From: Epiperipatus broadwayi
Lineage: Eukaryota; Animalia; Onychophora
Assembly (NCBI GenBank): GCA_028023455.1
Contig: JAQFVV010000004.1
Coordinates: 23,994,001 to 24,058,000, forward strand
Reading direction: 5' to 3'
Length of the DNA stretch: 64,000 nucleotides
Of the stretch, positions 52,364-64,000 are shown piece by piece. Both the position numbers and the translations under genes were made by a program. The stretch's first letter is position 1, and each line of letters starts with the position of its first letter. The notes under the pieces are model-generated. The model had not been told where the DNA came from. It searched no databases and saw nothing but the letters and a program-made list of their open reading frames with translations.

Positions 52364-52955
52364 AAGATTTTGTGCTATCAGTGATTTTCAGTTTTAATAA
52401 TTACTGATTTTGTGCTATCACATTGTCTGTGCTATCACTGTGATTTTCAGTTTTACTGATTTTTGTCCTATCATGTTGTTTAATCACTTTTTGGTTTTTA
52501 CTTTTACTGATTTTTTTTTCTTCTACCACAGTGTTAAGAAAATGAATATTAAAATTTGGCAGTTACCTGCTACAGAAGAGGAAGCAGTAAATTTATTCCA
52601 GAAAGATAGACTCCTGTCATCAAAAAAATTGTGATAATAGGCATAATATGAAAATATACATCCATAGTTCTGAGAAGGAATAGAGGCATTATTCAACAGG
52701 TTGCCAGAAGTAGGCATTTATAAGGAAAAGTGGTTTGAGAGATCCAAAATTAAATTTGTGCTAAGATTCATCTATAGCTGGTCCATTGAATGATGCAAAG
52801 ATCAGCTTGAAATGGCATCCAAAACTGTCATCAACTGGAATAACTACGTGAAGTATGTGGAGATTACTAGTGTCAGAAAATCACAAAATCAGAGGTCCAG
52901 ATAAAATTTCTAAAATTGATGAGAGCCTCTTTATCAAACATAAGAATCAAGTCAG
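52364..52955 (+). pseudogene. Merlin transposase N-terminal fragment with upstream subterminal repeats
   Basis: ATG at 52542: MNIKIWQLPATEEEAVNLFQ...WFERSK...LRFIYSWS...LEMASKTVINWNNY...KIRGPDKISKIDESLFIK. GATTTTGTGCTATCA-type repeats at 52364-52475. Confidence 0.7.
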
Positions 52956-53057
52956 CACACACATCTTTGGGATTTGATAAAGTGGCAGGATAAAAAACAA
53001 AGAGAAACAGCATGTCAAAATTTTGATTCCTATGTGGCCAAATTCATGTCAATGACT

Positions 53058-53602
53058 TTTTTAAAAATGCACTATAAATGTCTTATATCATTTGTAAGTA
53101 ATACTGTTTTTTAAAGTTAAAAATATATTTACAGATAAAATTTGTTAGATGTGTTTCTTATTTGCTAAACATTTATATTCATTTGCAAGTAAAACTTTTT
53201 ATTAAACTTACAATTTGCCATTATAGAACATGCCCTATCTAACATATACCTATTGTCAAATCTTAGTAACAATCTAACTATTCCTACTCTTTTTTTAATC
53301 TTACTCAAATTCCTAATCAATTCTATGTACTTATCCATTACTCTCTCCTATTTGGTCAAATTTCTGTCAAAGTGAATATTTAAAGAAGACCCTTTCCTTT
53401 CTATTTTGGAACACATTACACTCTTCAGTCTGCCACAGCAACTTTTTAAAAAAATGCAATATAAATGTCTCATATCATTTGGAAGTAATACTGTTTTTTT
53501 TTTTAATTAAAAAATATATTTAGAAATAAAATTTATTATATGTGTTTTTTATTTGCTAAACATTTATACTGTATACATTTTATTAAACTTACAGTTCACC
53601 AT
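53058..53602. repeat. Imperfect direct duplication (~160 bp, period ~385 bp)
   Basis: TATAAATGTCT(T/C)ATATCATTTG(T/G)AAGTAATACTGTTTTTT...TTTGCTAAACATTTATA...TTTATTAAACTTACA occurs at ~53058-53222 and ~53443-53602. Confidence 0.8.
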
Positions 53603-54289
53603 TTTGTTTTGTTTTTTTTAGGTTAAAAAAATCATTGAAATGTAAAACTTTGTTACAGCTCACCATTTAAAAGTGTTTCAGGGTTCTTTTTTATATTTAT
53701 CCTTTTTCCATAATGAATATATTTGTCCATCATTGGAAATTAAATGCTTTTTTTTAGATTTCAAGTTTGGTATTACCCATGTTTTATGCCAGCACAAAGT
53801 GCCACAATATGCTGGGAGAGTGTGTGTTTGTGTGTGTGTGTGTGTGTGGGGGGGGTAACTTTGACAACACAAAGTGTACTAAAAAGGCACAATTCACAAA
53901 GTATTTGTTTTATTTAGTATCGTAATATCTTTTTTCCTATTTCCATAATAAATATATGTCTCCAGTATTTTTTTTAGATTTAAACTTTCATATTACATGT
54001 GGTATGACATATTATTCCTGGGAGGTATTATTCTAAGTTCATGATATATTTAAAATAACACCTCCACAAGATCTGCAGACAAATGTTATTGATTATGCAA
54101 GACCACACATTCCTTAGAAGTATTATTTTAAACATACTGCAAACTTAAAATAATATATCACTGAAGCAATATGTCATAGCGGGATTAATACCAAAGTACT
54201 CTAACTTTATTTTATTCTAATTTAAATCAAGTATTCAATTGAAATCAAAAACTATCATGCACATTACTTACAACATATTGAAGTTTCAA

Positions 54290-54742
54290 GAATAGCTTTT
54301 AAATTTAATATCAAAATATTTGAAATTTTTCCCACCCAGTGGCCTACATCTAAAAAACTATATCATACATCTAAAATATTATAATGCCCTATATTTCTTT
54401 GGTAGTGATTTAAAAGAAATGTATCAAATTTCAACAGATTACATTGAATTTAAATCTATTAAATCTTGAATTTAAAATGTTATTACAACTTTACTCATGC
54501 TTTACTGCCCTCTTGTGGGCCTTACTTAAAACATTAAAATTTGAAAAACAACTTAAATTTGATACCAAAATATTTGAAATGTCCTCTGCCTAATGGACCA
54601 GATCTAAAAAACTAGGCCATCTACCTAAAATATTATAGTGCCATATTGCTTTGGTAGTGATTTAGAAGAAATGTACCAAATTTTAATAATTATATTGAAT
54701 TTTCTATTAGACCTCAATTTTAAAATATTATTTTAACTTAAA
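54290..54742. repeat. Imperfect tandem duplication (period ~255 bp)
   Basis: CAAAATATTTGAAAT...ATCTAAAAA...CTAAAATATTATA.TGCC...CTTTGGTAGTGATTTA.AAGAAATGTA.CAAATTT occurs twice. Confidence 0.75.
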
Positions 54743-55904
54743 TAAAAATGATTACAAGTGCATACAAACAAACAAATAGAGATTGTAACTTAAATAAAAG
54801 CATTTAATAAAAATCAGATAAATCAAGAATGAAAATCAGTAAAGTAATCTAAGATGATTCTGATCAAAGTAAAAAAAGTCAAAAATATCAAGAAAAATGT
54901 CAGAAGAAATGATGTTTTTTTTAAAAAGTGGCAAAAATGAAAAGGATTTTGTTTGTGGTGAAGCAAATGAAAAAACTGTTAGTTCTTTGTTTTAATGTAT
55001 ATTCTTTGTTGTAAAAGAAGTATAAAAACATTATTATACTATGAAAATAGAATTTATAATCTCTAAAATAAAATAATAATGGCAATGTGCAAGAGTTAAA
55101 ACTTTTTGGAATCTATTGAACCAGTAACAACTATAAAAATATCTTTTTACTTCATTTTTGATGAAAGAAAAAAAACTTAAAATTCACTTTCCAATTAAGT
55201 GCCCATTAATAAAAATAACAGACTGAAAAATTTCTAAGCCAATTAATATCTCCTGCATAAAAAAAACCCACAAGTATTTATTTATTTCATCACTGTTGAA
55301 ACAAGAGTGAAACTTTACAGAAAAAAATATTTATATATAATGATAATTATGAAATTAGTTAAGTTGGATAAAAAAAATAACTAATTTGAATTTTCAAATT
55401 GATTGCCAAAATATATTCAGTAATACATAAAAGAAATAATTGTAAAAATGCTTCATATCAATTGAAACTTAAATTTATGAAAGATTGTTCAGATTCTTAA
55501 CATCCAAAGATATCTGACTTATTATTATTAGCAAAAAAAATTAAAGTTTGTATGCTTCTATTCAACCAGAGTCAGTCTCACATATCTCCAGATTACATGT
55601 GTAGATATAGATAAGTTATATATATATATATAAGTTCCTTCTTGTATAAATAATAAACACTGATGGTGCTTATAAGCTATTTTGGAGTTTAATGAACTTT
55701 GTAGGTAAATGATGTATATCCTTTTTTTTTAAATGCTGCAAATTTGTATTTTAAAAACAATGTTTTCTTTTGTGATCAAGTCAATTGTTAAAAGGATCTC
55801 CTTTATCAAATAAAATAATTTATATAGATAATAATATTGTTGTTTTTTTGTTGTTGTTTTAAGCTAGACTAAATATATACATTTTTTTAAAAAAAATTTC
55901 CTTC

Positions 55905-56345
55905 TTACAACAGAAAATTTTTCCACACAGTAGTGTCACCAAATGCAAGTTCTAGTTATAAATAGATGCTAGAAGATTGCACATCACATTTCCTATCCAG
56001 TCCCTATCTATCCAATAATCCCAGACTAGTTTGTGGCTTTCATCAGTAAAGAGCCATGGATTGACTATACAAATGGATTAGCTTGGATTGAAAATATGAG
56101 TTTTCATCTTGGAATAACATCTTTATTGTTAACCAAAAAAAAATAAATGGTGAATGTTAGAGTGTGCATTACAACCAAACATCTGGATAAACTGCTGCCA
56201 GATCAAAGGCTCCTCACTGATGAAAACCTTAAGTTAGGACTTGTCTAGAGATATTGGATAGATAGGTACTAGATAAAGATTATGATAAACAACCTTCTAT
56301 TTTAACAGCTCAGGTAAGCATAACAAGAGGTGATCATATGACTTT
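55905..56345 (+). mobile_element. Old, diverged family 1 element with two broken HHRs
   Basis: Inverted arm with CCCAGACTAGTTTGTGGCTTTCATCAG (helix-II deletion). The forward part contains GGCTCCTCACTGATGAAA and ends AAGCATAACAAGAGGTGATCATATGA. Confidence 0.7.
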
Positions 56346-57067
56346 ATACTTTGTTACATTTGATAGAAAAAATAAAATGTTTTATATTATGAGTTAGCTT
56401 TTTTATATCTATTTCTGAATTGTGAAGTTTATACATGCTTTTATAATTTTATATCAGTATTTATACATGTAGAATTGTATATATTTTTATTTTATTCATA
56501 ATGTTATTAGCCACATTAATGAAAACAGCTTCTTAGTATTGTGTATATGTTGTAAATTAATTGAAAACAATCTTTATTCACAGTTAACTACATATGAGTA
56601 TGCACATAAATAACTGTGCATATTATTGATAACTTCCAACATGGCTATGTATTAATTTTCAGTTCAGTAAATATTTCAATTTTTTTTATTAATTAGTGTT
56701 TTAAATTAATGTGTAATATTTTTAATGTTGTAGGTTTACCCAGCTTTAAAAAGTTTAATTATTTAATATTTATGAGATGGAATTGATAAAAAATTTCATT
56801 AGCATTGTACATTTTATTTTATTAATTAAATAAAGTTTTTTACAGTGTAATACAATCTACTTCAAACTATTTTCTTTCACAATATTTTTATTACTTCTAA
56901 TGCATACATTGATTACATATCACTAAGCATATACCAATTGTCAGTCTTGAGGAGTTAATTGATATCTCTTGAAGTATCGTCGGCTATTCTGTAGTAAATA
57001 GCCTATGTTGTTCATTACATAATGTTCTTTTCTTCATTATTGCATTTAACTATTCATTAATTTTTAG

Positions 57068-57164
57068 GTTGTTACAAAGGCTCTCGGATCCAGGAATATT
57101 CCCCAATACTATTTTCATGGTCTATATTGTGCACAATCCACTATTATACCTTGCATATTAGGAA
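57068..57164 (+). other. Candidate isolated 97-nt exon of unknown gene
   Basis: Acceptor TTAATTTTTAG|G and donor AA|GTGAGA; two frames are open (VVTKALGSRNIPQYYFHG... and CYKGSRIQEYSPILFSW...). No homology recognised. Confidence 0.2.
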
Positions 57165-58742
57165 GTGAGAATTCATAAATGCCAAAGCATGTTTTTTTTA
57201 ATCTCTTCAGTTTTAAACATCTTCATATTTATTTTAGATAGTATGGCTTATAAAACATTATAAAATTATTATTAAACAGATTTTATGTATTGTTTAAAAA
57301 ATTATTTCCATCAAGTATTCAAAAATAACATCTATTATAACAAAAAGTTTTTGTTTTATCATTAGCTAGTTAGAATTATCTACACATCAATATTTATATT
57401 TACTTCTCTCTTTAAAAAAATACAATTTCTTTAATATAAAAATAAAGAAATGCAAATTATCAGTTCAATATTTAGTATATTTGATAGATCAAGATTTAAA
57501 TTTTATTTAACAGGCGGAATAAAACATACAGATATAAGGGTATAGGTATAAAACTATATGCATAAACCAGATTAATAGAGAGATAATCTATTTTGTAAGA
57601 GTTTTTCATATGCGTATCATTAAATTATAAACAATAATATAAAGATAGAAACAGAAGCAGATTGGTTTTCCATGAACATGTCTATATTTATGCTGGTAGC
57701 TTATAGAAAACTAATTTACTTCCATCTCTATCACATATCTGTATTTAGTATTGTTTTTATTAAATATTTTTAATAATGTAAAGAATATATTATAAAAGTC
57801 CACCACATAGTGCATAGAAATGTTATTTTTTGATGTGTGAACTGTGTTTTTTAAAGTATGTTTTATAAATATGAATAAATATACAAATAACTTGCTAAAG
57901 TTTGAAAATAAGTATTTGTTTGGCTGTATTAATTTCAGTAAAAAAAATTAAAAAAACATTGAATATTCATGTAATTGTTGCACATATTATTTGCCCTTTA
58001 ATGCTTTAGAGACAGGATTGCTCTAATAGTTATTTATTAATGTATATTTCATGTGAGTTTAGTTGACATTATTGCAAAATAGAGATGTGAAATCTCTCTA
58101 CTTTTAGAAGCTAAAAAGGGATGCATCTCTAGATTTTGTTTGTATAGAGATAGTAAACTCAACTACATGCTGTCATAAAACCACTATAATATTTTTCCTA
58201 AATAATGAACGATTATTGCACGGCTTCATTAGTTTTAAGAAAATGAATCTTTTACAAGCAAATAAAAATCTGACTACATTGCTTAATTATTAAGATGAAA
58301 TATTCATGATATAAGAATGACTAAATATCAATGTCCTATTAAGTAGCCAAGATTAAAGTGTTAGTGACTTTTGCATACACTGTTTCTTCTGTTATAACAA
58401 GAGGCTGCTTTGAATAATCTTTGCAAATGTGTATAATGTTAATTAATTGGAACGACTTTTCTTTAAACTACAAATAAATTAATATAATATTTTTAAAAAT
58501 AAAATAATAAAATAAAATTGCTTTAAAAAAATTATGATTGTAACAATAATACCATTAACTAAGTAGTCAAAAAATCATTTAGAATTGCTAATTTTTATTA
58601 GTTAGTTTTAATTAAAATAAATGTATTATAAAGTTAAATGCCTTTTATAATTACTATTATTAATTTAATAATGTGAAAGGCTGAAATCTTTTGACAGACG
58701 CCCCTTAAAAATGCTTAAATGATAACCAATCAGATAGTCATA

Positions 58743-59188
58743 ATGCTCATAACTGTAATTAAAATGAGCAAAACTCTCCATACAGGAGCAAGCATAAGAA
58801 ATAATGATCATATGATGTTTAGTGGTTTAATACCAATCCTGCCTAATAGGGTAGTGGTGGCTATGGAGTTCAGACTTATATGACTATATAAGCTAATGAG
58901 CTTGGATTGAAAATATTGTTTTCAAATTTTAGACTCATAATTTTGTAGTTAAGTAGAAATAAAAGGTGGCTGCTAGAGAGTTGCATTAGCTTCTAAGATT
59001 TAGGTGCAGTGCTCTCAGATACAAAGTTTCTCACTGATGAAAGCCACAAGCTAGAAACTAGTCTGGGGATATTGGATGAGTAGGTATTAGATAGGGATTT
59101 TATGCTTAAGCCTTCTGACATCCATTGATTACTCTGGCTTGCACTGAATGGCACTACTGTATGGAGAGTTTTGCCTGATTTAATACAG
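58743..59188 (+). mobile_element. Family 1 HHR element: short inverted arm plus ~403-bp unit
   Basis: Inverted arm 58743-58785; the forward unit again starts at GAGCAAGCATAAG (58786) and ends GAGAGTTTTGCCTGATTTAATACAG. It lacks ~43 bp present in the 49.6 kb copy. Confidence 0.85.
59028..59069 (+). ncRNA. Minimal type I hammerhead ribozyme (family 1), predicted cleavage after 59063
   Basis: TTCTCA-CTGATGA-A-AGC-CACAA-GCT-A-GAAA-CTAG-TC^TGGGGA; helix II is AGC/GCT here versus GGC/GCC at 49.9 kb. Confidence 0.75.
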
Positions 59189-61849
59189 ATTTGAAGGGAT
59201 TTTTTGCTTCTTTTAGTTATTGTTCTGCTCCTAAATTAATAAAAAAAAATATGTTTCAATTATTTTACTCTTCATCATCACCATTATCCCCATCATGTTT
59301 TATCTTCTTTCTAATACATATAAATTTATCATCCTCAATACTTATATATGCAGTCTATACTGTCTTCTTCATTGTCCTTATTAGTATGATATGTTAAGAG
59401 TAATTTTTGATTAATCTTTATACTTCATACTGACTTTCAAATTTTTTAGGCTCATCTAAAGCTTGAAGTTAATTCTCTTTGTTATTATATAATATATATT
59501 AAAATATATTTGATTTAGTTTTCTTCAGAATTTTTGAATTTACAAAAAAAAAGTGACAATAAATGGATTCATTTCTTTACATTCTCCATTTAAAATTAGT
59601 TACTAAAACACTTCACCCCAAAGAATGTTTGCTTTTTATTATATAGCTTTAGGATTTTCTTTTATTAATTTTTTTTTAAATTTTCTTTTTAATCTAAAAA
59701 AAAATTTTTTTTAAATTCAGTTTTAAAATAAGTTATTTTTTAAAAAAATAATTTACTTCTTTTAATAATCTTTAAAATAAAGTTTTTCTTTGCTTTTTTT
59801 ATAACTCTTTTTTATTTATTTAATTTTATATAATCTTTAAATACATTTATAAACTTTTTTTAATAATTGAATATAGATTAAAAGATGTGCTTAACATTTT
59901 ATTTTTTAATTAATAATGAAATAGGTTTAACAATTTATTTAAAAACATTTATTTATTAATTTTGAACAAGATTCTCTTACTTAATAATTTTAATCAATTT
60001 AAATCTTCAAATAGACAAATGATTTCAAACATTGTATGCACACGACATATGCACAAGCACATTTCCAATGATAATGTTTAAACCTTATAAATTTAAAAAT
60101 AGTATTAATACATGAGGTTTAACAGATGCTATATTTTATAATTAAAGTATTTAATCATTTATAATATTAAAAATTTTAATTACTTGGATTTTAATTTATA
60201 AATACATTAGTTTTACAATACAATTTTTAATACAAAAACTTATAAAATCTGATATAATTCTGGAAAAAAAAGTGCTAAAATAAATTTCTTAGCAGTAAAC
60301 TTTAACCAATGAGAATCTGGGAAAACAAAATGTCATAAATTTATAAACTTCCTACATGGAAGAGTGAGGGGAGGAAGTGAGAATTTAGTATTCACATATG
60401 AATTTAATTGATAAATGTGAATAAGTGAAAATTATGAATAATATATTGAGATTTTGACAAAAAATTTATTACCATAAGTCACAGTTTAAATTGACGCCTG
60501 CGTTACCATTGAAAAAATAAATGCAGTTGGTAAAACTTAAAAAAGTAAAAATATACTTTGTATGGTTTCATGATTAACTACCAACATTAAGTTTTTTAAA
60601 TCATATAGAATATTAGTTTCATTTAATCTTTAATTTTAATTGTCAAAATTATAAAAGTAGATAATAATTAATAATGAAACATTGTGAATGCTGGGAATAA
60701 ACTGTATTTATTTATTTTTACTCATATTAATAGCGATATTTAATGCCTGATTGCTTTTAACATGTCAATTTTGTTTAAGTTATGAGATAGACATTTAATT
60801 ATATAGACATCTGCCCAAAAGACAGCATACTCCTGCATAATTTAGGGATAGTCTAGCTGATCAATTTTAACTCTTAAGGTAAGTCTTAAAACCTGTGCAT
60901 TACTGAACAAAGCAATAAATTTAATAAGTAAAAATATGTGTCAAATAAAAAGATGTATATATTCAAATATAATTTCTTATTTTAATGCTTATTTCAATTT
61001 GGTGTTTATTGAAAGTGCATCACTACCTCATCTGTGGGACTAGCTATATTTGGAGCAATTCATATTTGCCAAGAAATCAAGAAACAACATTATATATCTA
61101 GAAATATTATATACATATATCGTAACATTACAGTTACACTGTAAATTGCTATTTTGGATTCAAAGACTATAAAAATTTTATTGGCTTTGATTAAGTTGAT
61201 TAATTTGGGTTTTTATAATTAAGCAAATGTATTTATCACTTTCATTTAGTTGGAGTATAATATATAATCATTATTATATTCAAATAATCTTTCATATTAA
61301 GGTTATAAAAATATAACAATTATAAAGTAGTTTTGAATAGCTTTATAAGTTGATTTTTATGATAAATTTTTAAATTTTGTATAAAGAAAATACATATATG
61401 CTTGCATTGCTATATTTTATTTAAGAAATAAAATTATCGATTACATAAATCAAAAGAAATAGTACACATATATAAAATAATAATTCAAAGATAGAAATAG
61501 AATAGGATTGTAAAATATATTACATTTTGATTATATGTAAAATAATGTTATTATATTTTTATATGTTGTGTGCATGTGTATGTAGATGCTTACATGTTTA
61601 AATGTAATAAAAATTAATCAATTAAAAATTTTATTTAAGAAAGATTGACTTTGGTTAATTAAAAAATTATTTGATTAATAAATTATTAATTAAATGTCAG
61701 TTTAAAATGTTTAGAATAAATACCTGAAAGAAATTTAAGATATTATGAATCATTTATATATATATCTTTATGAAATTGTTTTGTCTTCAATCTGCAAATG
61801 AAAGATTTTACCAATTCTATTTAAAAATCTTAACTTTAACATTTTTAAA

Positions 61850-62100
61850 TACCAGAAACAATAGAGACCTTCCTATCATATGATCAGCAATATAAAAAGG
61901 AAATCATGGGAAAATCAGAATCTGGAAAAATTTTCATTGCTTGTAAGATCTCAACCTATCTTAACTTTTAAATAGCCATTTTGCTTTCCATCAACCTGAT
62001 GGCAAACTAAAATTTTAAACTAGGCAGATGTTTGCTGAGCACCTGATTTCTATTATCATTCCAGAGGAGAGATAAACCACAACAAAATAACCAGAAATAA
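61850..62100 (+). mobile_element. Possible Jockey/I-group LINE ORF2 remnant
   Basis: HQPDGKLKF*TRQMFAEHLISIIIP resembles the P..DG.W....KA..FA.HL...F.P linker motif; otherwise heavily decayed. Confidence 0.3.
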
Positions 62101-62794
62101 CCATAGTTTTTAATTCATAAAATGTTTATGCCAAGAAATCTCATCTGTTATAGTCAACTGCTAATATACAATAGACAAACTGACTAATGGAATTGCTGGC
62201 ACATCATTAATACATTGCTGGATTTTTTGTCAATTGAATAACAGTGATAAATAAATGATAAATTTTGGGAGAATTGTATTTCTAAATTTAAAACAAATTG
62301 CTGAATCTATTTTCTCATAAGATATTATAAAAATGATTGATCTCTTCACTATATGAAAGGGTACTTGCAAATCTCAAGAAAATGGATTAATCTCATCTTC
62401 ACTTATAAAAAAAAATTTTTTTTAAATAATAGTGTTTTTAAAATACAGTATGCTTACTTCATAGAAACTTGCTACCACTGAAACAAATTTATTAATTTAA
62501 ATCTGAAGGATTGTGCTTGCTTTGGATAATAAATTTTATTAACAGTCAATCTTAATTATAAAACTAATGGATTAAACATCAGAAAATGGATCAATATTTC
62601 TTGTATTTTGAATTAATAAAGTGCTAAACACCAAATTTTTGGATAAAAGAAAATCTAATAAAGGTATTAAACCTGCTATCTACAACAAAACTATGAATGT
62701 TTGTTAATGTTAAAATAATTGCATTAAGAATTATCTGTCCAAAATATGTGAATAATATTTTTTAAAACATGATTATTTTAAAGTATATTTTAAA

Positions 62795-63222
62795 TGTTAT
62801 TAAAACAGGCAAAACTCTCTATACATATTGCCACTCAGTGCAAGCCAGAGTAATCAATGGATTCCAGAAAGCTTGTGCATAAAATCCCTATTTAGTGCCT
62901 ACTCATCCAATATCCCCAGACTAGTTTCTGGCTTGTGGCCTTCATCAATGAAGCATCTGGTGATATTGGATGAGTAGGCTTAGAATCTAGGTGCAGTGCT
63001 CTCAGATCCAAGGCTCCTCACTGATGAAAGCCACAAGCCAGAAACTAGTCTGGGGATATTGGATGAGTATGCACCAGATGGGGATTTTATGCACAAGCCT
63101 TCTGGCATCCATTGATTACTTTGGCTTGCACTGAGTGGCAATACGTATAGAGAGTTTTGCCTGTTTTAAAAACAGTTATAAGCAAGCATAAGAAATGGTG
63201 ATCATGTAATGTTTATTGACTT
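62795..63222 (+). mobile_element. Family 1 HHR element forming a ~380-bp near-palindrome with two opposite-strand HHRs
   Basis: Arms ~62795-62950 and ~63017-63172, followed by the overrun AGCAAGCATAAGAAATGGTGATC. Possible TSD TATATTTTAA at 62784-62793 and 63223-63232. Confidence 0.85.
63015..63056 (+). ncRNA. Minimal type I hammerhead ribozyme (family 1), predicted cleavage after 63050
   Basis: TCCTCA-CTGATGA-A-AGC-CACAA-GCC-A-GAAA-CTAG-TC^TGGGGA. The minus-strand copy at 62913-62952 has core TTGATGA (C3 mutated). Confidence 0.7.
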
Positions 63223-64000
63223 TATATTTTAAGTGCTACTTATAAATTACAGATCCTACAAATGAATATAGGATATAATGCATTACCAACTTATTATTGA
63301 GTTTAAAAATGGATTATCTTGGTTTAATAATGATAATAAATAGAATTTCATATTTTTATTCTGGTTCAGAAAGTCAAATAAATAATTCCATGAATCAGAT
63401 GGATTATTTGGTGTACTTTTTACTTTATTAGTTAAGTCATCTTATAGTGAAAAATTTTTGAAAATGTAAATAAAGATTTTCTCAGATATTTTGGCATTCA
63501 AATAAAAATAATATTTTATTTACTATCACGATTAGTATTAAGAATGAATGGGATTAAATGTAATATATTTTAGAATCAAGTTGTACATGTATTAATAGCT
63601 GTTAAACTTATATTAAATGATTGTTACCAAATATTCATAATGCTTATGATTTCTTGATATTTGACTTCAAATTAAGTAAATTCCTCTTATGTACACATGT
63701 AAATCTGTAAGGAATATTTCATATACCACTCATATTTGTTAATATTAATTTTTACTGTTATCTAGTGTATAATAAGCAACTTAATGATTTTATTGTACTG
63801 TGTTGAAGTAGCACTGCTTGATATTAAAGTCTGAAAATGAATCCAAAAAATGAATCTTAAGGCAAAAATATAAATAATACGGCTAAAGTAAATTATCATT
63901 TAGATTTGAAAAGCAATGAGTTATACTTGCTTATTTTAAAAGAGTGAAAAAGATCTCCATTATTTGCAAAAGAGGTTTATATACAGTTAATTGGTTGGTA

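Noticed and set aside
361-59397. Most short ORFs of the supplied six-frame track
   Set aside because: They are low-complexity AT-rich chance ORFs or antisense/alternate frames of TE remnants. Only 10624-10941, 26553-26960, 42514-43473 and the 47.4-47.9 kb set match recognisable TE proteins.
1-64000. CRISPR arrays, rRNA, prokaryotic operons or defence systems
   Set aside because: No regularly spaced short repeats with unique spacers, no rRNA-like sequence and no gene-dense coding; the DNA is eukaryotic and repeat-rich.

Overview
Very AT-rich, strongly CpG-depleted eukaryotic DNA, probably an invertebrate animal and probably intergenic or intronic. No intact host gene could be recognised. The window is mostly decayed transposons: two hAT transposase remnants, an Ingi/I-like LINE, L1/Tx1-type and RTE LINE pieces, a deleted Mag-type Gypsy LTR element, Merlin fragments and five copies of a tRNA-Gly-derived SINE. 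The main signal is a set of short non-coding elements that look like MITEs but are not. They share a Penelope-like (PLE) architecture: an inverted partial copy at the 5' end, then a forward unit, often with 10-16 bp target-site duplications (TSDs). They carry minimal type I hammerhead ribozyme (HHR) motifs. The dominant family has a ~405-448 bp unit and occurs at 7 loci in 64 kb; three copies keep a complete HHR core with a palindromic CUAG helix-III loop. Two further HHR-bearing families are present. So is a GIY-YIG-coding Penelope remnant whose terminal repeat combines tRNA-like Pol III A/B boxes with a decayed HHR. All coordinates and alignments were done by eye, and boundaries may be off by some bases.
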